Shown one piece after another: positions 18,745 through 28,951 of a stretch of DNA of 64,000 nucleotides (its first letter is position 1; each line of letters starts with the position of its first letter). The stretch covers positions 17,049-81,048 of the forward strand of contig JBNPEG010000017.1 in assembly GCA_051117555.1 (NCBI GenBank). The letters are read 5' to 3'. The notes under the pieces are model-generated. The model was not told the origin of the DNA, did not search any database, and worked only from the letters and a program-made list of their open reading frames with translations. This stretch comes from Elainellaceae cyanobacterium. GTDB lineage: Bacteria; Cyanobacteriota; Cyanobacteriia; CAZCXK01. Both the position numbers and the translations under genes were made by a program.

Positions 18745-19512
18745 ATGGCGATTATTGCACTGAAGGCGTGGTATCTCCACGAATATGAGCCGATTCAAGA
18801 ACTTGAGAAGCGCCCTCATGATCTTCGGCTGAGCAAAAATAGTCTCCTGAAATCTGCGCTGCGGGCAGATTTTTTGGATGACAGCGACGAAGTCAAACAA
18901 TCTACATGGTTTCAGCGCTATCTAGAAGGGGAAATCATTGAGTTTTATATCGAAGGAAGTGGAGGATATTCCATTTCCAACATTGATTTGATTAGCCATG
19001 AAATTTACTTCACGAAGCAAGACGTCATGGCGCATCTCGACCCTATTATTTTCTTCTGCTACCAAACCGAATATCCAGAATCAGGCGATTTGCTGCGGAA
19101 TGAGCTTCAGATCTTCATCGAAAAATTCAATCGGCGATCGCGTCTGCCATTGACCCTTGAAGAATCTCATCGGCTTAGCGATGGCCCTGTACGCCTCAGT
19201 AGCACCCTGATGCGGAAGATTCGCAAGAGTTTGCTGTTCATTGCAGATGCGACCCCCATCTTATACATCAATGATTCACCACTCCAGCTGATTCCGAGTC
19301 CCAACGTTTGTGTTGAAGTCGGATATGCTTTACAGTGCAAGCGATCTGAACAACTGCTTCTCACTCATATGGAGCGTCCAGACATCGGAGGACAATTTCC
19401 GTTTGACTTGCCCAGCCAAAGCCGTCTTCAGTTTCGTAACAAGACAGAACTCCACAAACTCTTGCCCCAAACTCTAGAAACGCAGCTCAAACGATTCAAT
19501 TTGATCCAGTAA
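18745..19512 (+). CDS. Conserved cyanobacterial protein with C-terminal nucleoside 2-deoxyribosyltransferase/TIR-like motif
   Basis: Long ORF; KIRKSLLFIADATP...PSPNVCVEVGYA motif. Confidence 0.75.
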   Translation: MAIIALKAWYLHEYEPIQELEKRPHDLRLSKNSLLKSALRADFLDDSDEVKQSTWFQRYLEGEIIEFYIEGSGGYSISNIDLISHEIYFTKQDVMAHLDPIIFFCYQTEYPESGDLLRNELQIFIEKFNRRSRLPLTLEESHRLSDGPVRLSSTLMRKIRKSLLFIADATPILYINDSPLQLIPSPNVCVEVGYALQCKRSEQLLLTHMERPDIGGQFPFDLPSQSRLQFRNKTELHKLLPQTLETQLKRFNLIQ

Positions 19513-19574
19513 ATGCTTTGATAGGAATATGTTGACGATTATTATTTTTGAGGTGTCAGGGGTATTGATTTCCT

Positions 19575-19826
19575 ATGCCAAGAAGTCCTAGTGAATACGC
19601 GGTTCATCTCTTTATGGAGGGCGGGCATCGAGAAGAAGTCCGTTTTCCGAGCATCCAAGATTTTCAGAAGTGGTATAGCGGTGAGCTGGTGCCTAAATCC
19701 AGCTCTAGTGAATTTATCAGTGTCCCAATCAAGAATATTCAAGGCGAATACATGGTGGTTCGTCCGTCTAGTGTGATTGCCATTCGGGTCGAACCAATCT
19801 TTAGCTCTAGTGTTGAACGATTTTGA
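19575..19826 (+). CDS. Conserved hypothetical protein, 83 aa
   Basis: MPRSPSEYAVHLFMEGGHREEVRF...; protein-like composition, co-oriented with the upstream gene. Confidence 0.8.
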   Translation: MPRSPSEYAVHLFMEGGHREEVRFPSIQDFQKWYSGELVPKSSSSEFISVPIKNIQGEYMVVRPSSVIAIRVEPIFSSSVERF

Positions 19827-19898
19827 TACCGATTGCTGAATGCCGTCAAAGATTTTAGTCTGTCAGCATTCACGCAAAATTATGCACGGATCTAAGCG

Positions 19899-19934
19899 CA
19901 ATAACTGGGTCAATAACTGGGTCAATAACTGGGT
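19899..19934. repeat. 12-bp tandem repeat x3 directly before mltA ATG
   Basis: caataactgggt three times. Confidence 0.85.
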
Positions 19935-21128
19935 ATGTGGACGAAGCTTGTATTGATAGCTTTCGGGCTTGCTATTTTTTCTGGAAATAGGGTTGCGATC
20001 GCCCACATAAGCGGGGAGAATTCTGCCCTAGTCCGTCAATTACCTGGATCGGCAGCTCAGGACGATGAGCATCTGGGTTGGGATGATCAGATTTGGGGAA
20101 ATGCAGCACAGACGGGCGATCGCCATCGACTCATCCAATCCATCGATCATTCTCTACGCTATCTCCAACGTCCGGTAGCCGCTCAGGCATATGCTCAATT
20201 TGCCATTCCAGGTTTCACTCTAGACCGCGTGCAGCGCAGTTTAGAGGGGTTTCGGCAGCTTGTTGTGATGTCTCCGTCTCCAGAGGCTCTGCAAGCGGCG
20301 GTCTTGAGAGAATTCGATTTATATCAATCAATTGGGACTGACGGCTCAGGAACCGTTGAGTTTACGGGCTATTTTGAACCGACCTATCAAGCCAGCCGAA
20401 TTCCCACGGCAGACTATCCATATCCGCTATATCGTCTTCCACCCGGTCTAGAAACCTGGCCGCATCCACACCCCACTCGTAGCCAGCTCGAAGGTGATGA
20501 CGGGTTACAGAGTGACCAACGGCTCAGAGGATTAGAGCTAGTCTGGCTGCGCGATCGCTTTGAGGCCTTTTTAGTCCAAGTCCAGGGATCAGCTCGGCTC
20601 CAGATCACAGACGGGACTACGATGAGCGTAGGCTACGCTGGGCGCACCGATTATTCGTACACTAGCATCGGACGAGAACTGGTCAATGATGGCAAAATTC
20701 CTGAGGCAGAGTTGAATCTGCCTGCGGTTATAGATTATTTTCGGGTCTATCCTGCGGATCTCAATTCGTATCTTTCGCGCAATAATCGGTTCGTTTTCTT
20801 TCGAGAAACCTTCGGCGCTCCGCCCACCGGAAGTTTGGGAGTCCCAGTGACGGCAGAACGCTCCATTGCAACCGACAAATCAATCATGCCACCAGGAGCA
20901 CTCGCTCTGATTCAAACTCACCTGCCTATATCATCAGAAGACTCTGAGCCAGAGTTAGAGTCTCGATGGGTTAGCCGATACGTCCTCGATCAAGATACGG
21001 GAGGAGCTATTCGTGGAGCGGGGCGGGTCGACATTTTTATGGGTACGGGGCAATCCGCAGGCGATCGGGCGGGCTTAGTCAATTCGCGCGGGCATCTCTA
21101 CTACCTTCTGATTAAAGATTCTGTATAG
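19935..21128 (+). CDS. mltA: Lytic murein transglycosylase A
   Basis: Signal peptide, FTGYFEP, VQVQGS, SIATD, QDTGGAIRGAGRVDIFMG (3D domain). Confidence 0.92.
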   Translation: MWTKLVLIAFGLAIFSGNRVAIAHISGENSALVRQLPGSAAQDDEHLGWDDQIWGNAAQTGDRHRLIQSIDHSLRYLQRPVAAQAYAQFAIPGFTLDRVQRSLEGFRQLVVMSPSPEALQAAVLREFDLYQSIGTDGSGTVEFTGYFEPTYQASRIPTADYPYPLYRLPPGLETWPHPHPTRSQLEGDDGLQSDQRLRGLELVWLRDRFEAFLVQVQGSARLQITDGTTMSVGYAGRTDYSYTSIGRELVNDGKIPEAELNLPAVIDYFRVYPADLNSYLSRNNRFVFFRETFGAPPTGSLGVPVTAERSIATDKSIMPPGALALIQTHLPISSEDSEPELESRWVSRYVLDQDTGGAIRGAGRVDIFMGTGQSAGDRAGLVNSRGHLYYLLIKDSV

Positions 21129-21460
21129 GCGATTCCTAAATTACTGCAACTCTCATAAGGATGATGAATGCAGGAATGTAGGCTGGTAAATGTTGAGCTA
21201 GACTAATCTTTAAGTTTAAGAAAGACTCGAATCGTTTCGCTGGATGATATGCTTGGTAAATTGTGTCCTTAGAAACATTTCACTATCGTTAGAAGACGAA
21301 CCACGACGTTAGTACCTCCACCATCATGATTTTTTTGTTAGTCTGCCAAGTGATTCTCTGGAAGCAAGTTGGAAGAGTGCTAGGTTGGCTATTCCCTCAA
21401 AATCATGAAACACAACCAAGCTAGTGCAGCGTTGAACTGAAAGACTTCCTAGTAAGACCT

Positions 21461-23593
21461 ATGGATGCACCCTTTGAGATCACGCTGCAAATTGTTATCA
21501 CCATTATTGCAGGCATTACGGCTCAAGTATTGGGCGACTATTTGAAAGTCCCCAGTATTGTGTTTTTGCTTTTCTTTGGAATTTTACTTGGGTCAGATGG
21601 CGTCGGCTTGCTGCATCCCAACATGCTCGGAGTTGGCCTAGAGGTGATTGTGGCGCTCTCCGTTGCGCTGATTTTGTTTGAGGGAGGGCTGAACCTGCAA
21701 CTCAGAGATTTGGGACGCGTGTCAGGCAGCCTTCAAAACCTAGTGACCTTCGGAACGCTGATCACCTTAATTGGGGGCGGCATGGCTGCCCACTGGTTCA
21801 TTGAGTTTCCGTGGTCGCTCGCCTTTCTGTATGCCTCGTTGGTCGTCGTAACAGGGCCCACAGTGATCAGCCCTCTGCTCAAGCAGGTCAAGGTTGACCG
21901 TCAAGTTTCGGCATTATTGGAGGGCGAGGGTGTTTTAGTTGACCCGGTGGGTGCCATTCTGGCGGTGGTTGTTTTAGATGTCATTCTCAATGGCGATGCC
22001 GATCCACTGTCGGTGGTGAGCGGCTTGCTCCTGCGTCTAAGTATTGGAGGTGCCATCGGCGCTATTGGGGGTTGGCTGTTGGGGCTGATTCTGAAGCGCG
22101 CCGAGTTTCTCTCAGAAGAGCTGAAAAATCTCGTTGTATTGGCGGGTTTATGGGGACTCTTTGGCCTGGCTCAGGTTATTCGCAGTGAGTCGGGTCTAAT
22201 GACGACAGTCGTCGCAGGAATCATATTACGAGCATCGTCTATTCCTGAAGAAAGATTATTGCGGCGCTTTAAGGGGCAGCTAACTATCTTAGCCGTCTCC
22301 GTGCTGTTTATCCTCCTGTCTGCTGATTTGTCGATCGCCAGTATTTTTGCGTTAGGACGAGGGGCGATCGCCACGGTAGCCGTCTTGATGTTTGTGGTGC
22401 GCCCGGTTAATGTGGCGCTCTGCACCTGGAACAGCGGCATGAATTTGCGACAAAAGCTCTTCCTAGCGTGGGTTGCCCCTAAAGGGATTGTCTCCGCATC
22501 CGTTGCCTCACTGTTTGCGATTTTGCTTACCGATCGAGGAATTAGCGGGGGGGATGCCATTAAGGCGCTAGTCTTCCTAACCATTATTTCTACCGTGTCA
22601 ATCCAAGGGCTAACAGCTGGTTGGGTTGCTCGGTGGTTAGGGATTACGTCCACCCAAGCGACCGGGGCTGTCATTGTAGGCTGTAATCCAATGAGCCGTC
22701 TAATTGCTCGTTTCTTCCAAGAGAGAAATGAATCTGTTGTCCTGATCGACACGGATCAGGATGCCTGTCGTGCCGCTGAGCAAGATGGTATCAAAGTATT
22801 CGAAAGCAGTGCGCTCGATATGGATGTGTTAGAAGAAGCGGGTTTGGCGAGTGCAGGCACCTTTCTAGCAATCACCAAGAATGGAGAAGTAAATCGAGTC
22901 TTAGCACAGCGTGCCGCAGAAGAATTTCAACCGCCTCGCGTCTTGGCGGTATCGACGGGAGAACTGAAAACGAGTGGGGAAACCACAAAAAGTGCTAACA
23001 ACCCGTCTGCAAAACCGAAAACACCCGGTTCCAATAAAGTTCAGGCAGCGTTTACGGTTCAGCTTCCCTTAAAGACTTGGAATGGATATTTGCAAGATGG
23101 GGCTGTAAAGCTCGGTGAAACCCGTCTCCGAGAATCGGGGTTGCTCTTTCAGCAGGCGCATTTACGCGCACTCACTCGCTCTGGAGAACTCGTTCCGATC
23201 TTGGTCGAGCGAGACAATCGTCTGTATGTCGTTCAGTCATCAGAAGAGTGGCAACCGGGCGATCGCATCATCTATCTACTCCATGATCCGCGACCCAAAC
23301 TTCTAAAACGACTCTCAGGAGGAGCGAGTCCGTCTCGACTTGCGTTAGAAAAATTGCCCGCAGTCGAAGAAATTCCAATGACTGCTACAGGAGGTAAGCC
23401 ACCTCAAGACGGGCTTTCGCCGCCCATTGAGCAACCCAACCCCCAGTCACCCGAATCCTCTCAGCCCTCAGAGCAATCTGGAGAGCAATCTGGAGAGCAA
23501 TCTGGGAATCAGGCTCCTTCTACTCAGGCTCCACAAAATGCTTCTGAGTCCGAACCTCTGAGACCTTATTCGCAAGATCTGCCAACCTCTTAA
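21461..23593 (+). CDS. Cation:proton antiporter with TrkA-N domain and low-complexity tail
   Basis: TM block with VTGPTV, EGEGVLVDP, APKGIVSAS; Rossmann-like VIVGCNPM; SGEQ repeats at C-terminus. Confidence 0.9.
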   Translation: MDAPFEITLQIVITIIAGITAQVLGDYLKVPSIVFLLFFGILLGSDGVGLLHPNMLGVGLEVIVALSVALILFEGGLNLQLRDLGRVSGSLQNLVTFGTLITLIGGGMAAHWFIEFPWSLAFLYASLVVVTGPTVISPLLKQVKVDRQVSALLEGEGVLVDPVGAILAVVVLDVILNGDADPLSVVSGLLLRLSIGGAIGAIGGWLLGLILKRAEFLSEELKNLVVLAGLWGLFGLAQVIRSESGLMTTVVAGIILRASSIPEERLLRRFKGQLTILAVSVLFILLSADLSIASIFALGRGAIATVAVLMFVVRPVNVALCTWNSGMNLRQKLFLAWVAPKGIVSASVASLFAILLTDRGISGGDAIKALVFLTIISTVSIQGLTAGWVARWLGITSTQATGAVIVGCNPMSRLIARFFQERNESVVLIDTDQDACRAAEQDGIKVFESSALDMDVLEEAGLASAGTFLAITKNGEVNRVLAQRAAEEFQPPRVLAVSTGELKTSGETTKSANNPSAKPKTPGSNKVQAAFTVQLPLKTWNGYLQDGAVKLGETRLRESGLLFQQAHLRALTRSGELVPILVERDNRLYVVQSSEEWQPGDRIIYLLHDPRPKLLKRLSGGASPSRLALEKLPAVEEIPMTATGGKPPQDGLSPPIEQPNPQSPESSQPSEQSGEQSGEQSGNQAPSTQAPQNASESEPLRPYSQDLPTS

Positions 23594-24117
23594 ATCAATG
23601 CTGCTATCTCGCGGGAACGGGCATCTGCTACCTGAATAGACGGGCCTTGAACAATCAAAACTGCGCAGTGAGCATGATGAAGAGCGTAATTGCTCACGCT
23701 ACCCAGTAATGCTTCAGCAAACCCTTTACGCCCTCTGCGTCCCAAAACGACCAAATCAGCATTCCACGCTTGAGCAGTTCGACAAATTCCAGCGCCCGCT
23801 TCAGTAATTAGGTAGTCCGACTGAGTTTTGACGCCTGACCGTACGGCAATCTCGTAATATTTTTGAAGAAATTCTTGAGCTCGATGGGTTTGCTGTTCGA
23901 GCTGAATATACTCTGATTGATAGGCTTGGTTAACCAAATGGGGAGATAAGCCGATATCGCCTGCAAAGGAGGGTGTCCCAATGACTATATCGGCTGTTAA
24001 GCAATGAAACAGAAATAGCTCAGCTTGATTCTGCTGTGCAATCTCAAGCGCTGTTTCAAACACTCGCGGGCTCAATTCAGAGCAGTCTAAACCGGCAAGA
24101 ATTCTATGAAAACTCAT
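23590..24117 (-). CDS. Universal stress protein
   Basis: FHRILAGLD, ADLVVLGRRGRKG...LLGSVSNYALHHAHCAVLIV; shares a TTAA stop overlap with the antiporter. Confidence 0.92.
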   Translation of the reverse strand: MSFHRILAGLDCSELSPRVFETALEIAQQNQAELFLFHCLTADIVIGTPSFAGDIGLSPHLVNQAYQSEYIQLEQQTHRAQEFLQKYYEIAVRSGVKTQSDYLITEAGAGICRTAQAWNADLVVLGRRGRKGFAEALLGSVSNYALHHAHCAVLIVQGPSIQVADARSREIAALI

Positions 24118-24275
24118 GGTGCCCTCCCCCGCCTGACGTCAGATATCTATCTTCACGCTATATCAACTTGCAACCTGTGCCGCTTTTTTGCAATATCTTG
24201 TTGCAACGCCAGCCCCCTGCTAGTGATGGTTACAAGAGCACCTAGGAAGTGCCAAATACAGGAAGTAGCAGCAGA

Positions 24276-24977
24276 TCAGACTAGTGTTCTCTCCATTGCA
24301 TCTACATCAGTAATGCAAATGATGTCGCGATCGCGCGTAATTAGATCCTTTTTCTCCAATTTGCTTAAGACTCGCGTTACAGTTTCTCGAGCCAATCCGC
24401 TGAGACTACTTAACTCCCGGTGAGGAAGATTAGGAATTTCAATTCCCTTATCCCCTTGCTTCCCTTGCCCATCTGCTAAAAAGAGAAGAATATCGATCAC
24501 CCGCGACATGCTATCAGACTCGCGTAGTCTTAATCGACGATTGACTTGACGCAATCGTCGAGCCATCAACTGAGCTAAGCGGATTCCTGCCAACGGTTCA
24601 GAATGGATAAGCTCGACAAAATCTTGTGATGGAAGGTTACCAATCACCGTCGGCACCAACGTAATCACGTCAGTTGAGCGGGGAACTTCATCGAGGGGAG
24701 CCATTTCTCCAAAGAGTTCACCCTTTCCTAAGATATTGAGCGTAACTTCCTTGCCGTCTAAATTGTACGTGCGGATTTTAACCCAACCTTCCAAAATGAA
24801 ATAAACAGAATTCCCCCAATCATTTTCAAGAAGAATGACCTGATTGGGGGGATGACGACGAGTAACGACATGGGCTGTCGCCTTATCCACAACCGCCTCC
24901 GGCAAACCGGCAAAGAAAGGAGCGGAGCGAATTAAAGAGTTATCACGAGGTTCGCGGAAGCTATGGCGATCTTCCAT
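24276..24977 (-). CDS. crp: cAMP receptor protein (SyCRP1-like)
   Basis: ENDWGNSVYFILEGWVKIRT, FGEMA...PRST cAMP pocket, GLARETVTRVL recognition helix; start at MEDRH. Confidence 0.85.
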   Translation of the reverse strand: MEDRHSFREPRDNSLIRSAPFFAGLPEAVVDKATAHVVTRRHPPNQVILLENDWGNSVYFILEGWVKIRTYNLDGKEVTLNILGKGELFGEMAPLDEVPRSTDVITLVPTVIGNLPSQDFVELIHSEPLAGIRLAQLMARRLRQVNRRLRLRESDSMSRVIDILLFLADGQGKQGDKGIEIPNLPHRELSSLSGLARETVTRVLSKLEKKDLITRDRDIICITDVDAMERTLV

Positions 24978-26084
24978 TGAGTCGTAGCATATCCGTTGAT
25001 TTTGGTTCAAAAGTAAAGCTGCCCCTATTGTTGAAACTACGTGGAGGCAACTCAATAACTCTGAGCAGAGAGGCTGTTAGCTTCAGGCCCCTTAGCGCTG
25101 AGTAGTGGTAAAAACTAAGGTGTTTCGCACTATTAAGTTGCAAAACATTAATCAGTGTACTGAGAATTCGCAAGTCTGACCATATTGCCGACCGTTTATG
25201 CCCGATTAAGTCAAGGAGTGAGAATAATCTGAAGGCAAATATAGCAGAAGTTGACCCTGCTTAACGAAATGCTCAGCTTTCATACTCGTTATAAGAAACA
25301 TCGGTGCATTCAGCATAAAGGTGCACTTAGCATAAAAGAGTACCAGAGAAGCAAACGCTTGCCGATGCATGTAAAAAACTTGCGGACAAAAAAGAACATC
25401 GCTCCAGAAAGGCGTTGCCAAATATTAGTATGGGTAGCTGCGGCTCCTTCGTGCCTTAGCGGGGGCAATTGGGATAGTCAGGGAATCAGATAGAAGCGAA
25501 GGTCCGAAGTGTCATTTCATACGGTTGGCTAGCAATGCCTTAGTCATTCAGGATTGCTCATGCTTCAAGCATTCAGAGCCTACAAAAATATCTGACTGAG
25601 CAAGCTATCAAGCTCAGCCAAGTATCTCACTCTAGCTCATCCGCTCTGAATGAAGAGGTCAAGAGAAAACACGCACCTTTTTATTAATACCTATTTTAGA
25701 TACGGATGCATTATATACCAATCTCTGGACCAATCTCTGGCGATCGCGACTCCTTTTGCGAGAAGATGCTGAGAGGATACTTTAAAAGCCTTGTTTTTTC
25801 GTTGCCTTGGCGACTCATACCACTTCCTGAAAGTAGAGTAACAGATCCGGAAGAGGCGGTTTCTCCCGACGGAAACGCTGTGTGTTGTACCAACTTCTGA
25901 TTTCGGATTTTCAATTTTGGCTTAGTAGATGAGATCTGAGAAGTTTTCAGAGTTTGCATAACTCTAATTCGCAGAACTGATATTACAATCGACCTCAAGC
26001 GTTTTATTCTACGAGAAGCCACATAGTATCCACACCCGCCCGAGCCTTTCCAATCATCCTCTTTAATCTGTTAACCAATCGTAG

Positions 26085-26201
26085 TGGTCTGACATGCCTA
26101 AAATAGTGCAAATCTTTAAAGGGCTGAAGCTCTTGAATCCGGTGCGTTACGCTGCGCTAACGACATCCTACCTAATGCACTATTTTAGCTGTGCCATGCC
26201 A
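26085..26201. mobile_element. 117-bp MITE, copy 1 (GTAG target duplication)
   Basis: TGG...CCA ends, subterminal IR ctaaaatagtgca/tgcactattttag, flanked by GTAG both sides; near-identical to 61451-61567. Confidence 0.88.
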
Positions 26202-26317
26202 GTAGTGTGAGCGTTTTGCTTCTCCGAACGAGAGGCTTTGCCAGCCCGCAGGCAATCTTACAGTTGCTCAAGCCCAGCTATTCTTAGAACATTTGACCAA
26301 ACTGTTATGGTCGAAAT

Positions 26318-27562
26318 CTATGGGAATAGTGGATCCGGATCGAATCGGCTTTCAGGTGACAGAGTTTCTGGACTGGAAACTGCTCCCGCCGGATTGAAGT
26401 TGAACTGGGGCGAATAATCTTCGATTTGAGGAGACGACTGTGCGGACGGATTTTCAAACAAATCAGGCAACTCATCAATGCCGCCATTGAACATCGGCTG
26501 CTGAGTCATCCAGACCAGACCACCTGTGGCACCTGCCATCAGTGCTGCATATCCCACATAAAGGTGAACAGGTCTAAGCTGATTAGATGGTTTAGGAGAC
26601 ACACGCTGCCACGATGGGGCGATAATTTTTGCAGGTTCTAGTGAGGGCAACGAAGACATCAAGGCATATCCGTCTAAGCCAATTGCATCTCCGATACGCC
26701 GAATAAATCCACGAACATAGATATCTTCTGGTAATTGATCAGTCTGACCTGCTTCCAGCGCTTTAATCTGATGAATTGGAATATGAGTTTGATAGTGAAC
26801 CTTTTCAAGGGACATTGATCGCTTGAGGCGAGCCTGCTTAAGTTCTTGCCCAATGCGATGCAAAGACGTTTCTCGTTGTTCTGTGATGGAAGGAGACGTG
26901 GATGGACTGACTTTTTGGAACTGAGTTAATCGCCGAGCATATTTCAAGACGGACGGCGATTCGGGACGGTGACGGGTATCATCTTGCGATTCCGATAACA
27001 CCGTTTCGGCTGTAACCGCTTCGCAAACTACGGAATTAGTATTGACTGAATAATTGGGCGCAACAGCAGGAGTCACCTGGCGAGAAGACGCATGATTTGT
27101 CTCGGTAACGGATGGTAAGGCGCTAACATGTTCCTGTTGGCGAGAATACGTTTGAGACGTAGTATCTTGAGCCCGATGAGGAGTATCCGATGCATCAGGA
27201 CTCAATTTCGACTCTATGGTAAGAGTTTGACGGGTAGAAGAATGATTAGAATATTGCTTGAGTAATCGTCGAAGTACAAGTCGAATGGCTTCACGGCCTA
27301 GTGCCTTGACAAGGGATTGAGACCCATCCGTCACGTCTCCGATACTCTGCTGGAGACCTTCTAAAACTTTTTGATAAATCTCACTATGGTGAAGTTCTGC
27401 TTCAACACGAACCAGTAGAGCACGCAGTTCTTCCTTAGAAATTGCAAGCTTTGTGCCCCTAGAACCTTCCAGGCAGTATGTAGATGATGTCGCCACGATG
27501 TCTATTGTCTCCGTGCACGCGATAAATACAGCCGAACCTGCCAGGCCATAAAACGTAAGCAC
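26318..27562 (-). CDS. RodZ-like XRE/HTH_25 membrane-anchored protein (start uncertain)
   Basis: IGQELKQARLKRSMSLE...LEAGQTDQLPEDIYVRGFIRR followed by one TM segment. Confidence 0.8.
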   Translation of the reverse strand: MLTFYGLAGSAVFIACTETIDIVATSSTYCLEGSRGTKLAISKEELRALLVRVEAELHHSEIYQKVLEGLQQSIGDVTDGSQSLVKALGREAIRLVLRRLLKQYSNHSSTRQTLTIESKLSPDASDTPHRAQDTTSQTYSRQQEHVSALPSVTETNHASSRQVTPAVAPNYSVNTNSVVCEAVTAETVLSESQDDTRHRPESPSVLKYARRLTQFQKVSPSTSPSITEQRETSLHRIGQELKQARLKRSMSLEKVHYQTHIPIHQIKALEAGQTDQLPEDIYVRGFIRRIGDAIGLDGYALMSSLPSLEPAKIIAPSWQRVSPKPSNQLRPVHLYVGYAALMAGATGGLVWMTQQPMFNGGIDELPDLFENPSAQSSPQIEDYSPQFNFNPAGAVSSPETLSPESRFDPDPLFP

Positions 27563-28083
27563 CTCAGAATTGGATGACCCTCAAAATTGGATAAGTAGTT
27601 TATGGCATTGTTTAAGTCAATTGATGTTGAAAGCCAACATCCAAGCAGTTCGGATCTCTAAGTAAGACTTTCTAGATCTCTGGAGCAATTCCGGAATAGA
27701 AATTAAAAACTCACTATTTCTGATCTCCTCGCCCGCACCGACTAATCGCCTGCGCTATGGTAATTGAGCAAAATTGCTGGGGATCTCGCCGTCTATGTTT
27801 CAGCAATCTCTGCCTTAAGCATGCCACGCGACCATATTTATACCTGACGTATTGAACATGGGAGCATCCTGAATGAGGCATTCAGAGATTGCGTCACTGC
27901 GTTCGCAATGACCAGAAAATTATTTGCAATGACTATCCGAGAGTCACTGCGAGCGATAGAGAAGCAGTCTCAAGGGCAAGCAGGTTTTCGCAAAATTGGG
28001 ATGCGCCCATTAAACATTGCCATTTGTCCTGATTGATTCAAAAAACCAATTCAGAACCCATGGTGTAGGAGGGCACGCATTGA

Positions 28084-28263
28084 TTAGCTGCGCGATCCTT
28101 TCTCGGGTTGATAATATTTTGCAAAGCATTTTTCCAGATGATGGATGCGATAGCATTTGCAAAAGCGTCGAGGATTTAGAATCAGGGGAGACTGAGAATC
28201 GAACAAAGGCTGGTTGAGGTATTGCCAAGTGAGGAAGAGGAATTTGTTGGGTTGGGAATTCAT
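28084..28263 (-). CDS. Small hypothetical protein, 59 aa
   Basis: MNSQPNKFLFLTWQYLNQPLFDSQSPLILNPRRF...LEKCF; the WQYLNQPLF/LNPRRF motif recalls a small cyanobacterial family; ATG at 28263. Confidence 0.6.
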   Translation of the reverse strand: MNSQPNKFLFLTWQYLNQPLFDSQSPLILNPRRFCKCYRIHHLEKCFAKYYQPEKGSRS

Positions 28264-28951
28264 GATACTTCGGTATTTTGAGAACGCAAACCAGGGTAAG
28301 ACGTGAGGGCTTGATTCCGCCTTTATAAGGTGGCAATTCATCTGGCCTCAAGTTAATCGTGCCCAAATCAATGCGGTAACTTTAAACAAAATGTGTAAAG
28401 TTCTGAATCAGCACTTGAAATTAAGACTGAGAAATTGAATTAGAGTTCCGAAAACTAACCTTTACAAGGTTTTGAGACTAATCGCCCAATACAGCGGTAG
28501 CAGAGACTTGCCGTCTGAATTTAGGTAAATACACGGCAAAATATTACTCAAAGTACGTAGTCAATAAGCCAACTAATTGACTACGTATAAATACTTAACT
28601 GGCGATCGCCCTGGATAAGCACTCCGGGATGATGCCTGGACGAGAAACGGTAACACCCGACCTGGGTAAATGCTTGAGTATGGTGAAGCATTTGATTCTT
28701 CAGGGCAGGCTGACTCATATCCGGTTAGTTAGGCTTGAGTACATTGATTTATCTCGTAGAGTGGCACGGTTGCGGGTATTCAGCAGATATTCAACGGCTC
28801 TGTTGCTGCATTTTCAAAATTTGCCGATTAAAGCTGCCAAACGTCTGGTCTAATGTGTCGAACTGTGTACAAACTTAAGTGGATCATGACTCGTAGAGCG
28901 ATTTCGTGACCCTTTGTACTTCATTCCTACTCAAGGTAAGGCTTATCCAGA

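Noticed and set aside
25841-25885. SRP-RNA-like cagatccggaag motif
   Set aside because: Lacks the conserved GGAAGCAGC continuation and the long enclosing stem.
25206-26022. ORFs 25206-25421, 25251-25493, 25706-25900, 25711-26022
   Set aside because: No recognisable motifs or RBS; treated as intergenic, though a short ORF or sRNA cannot be excluded.
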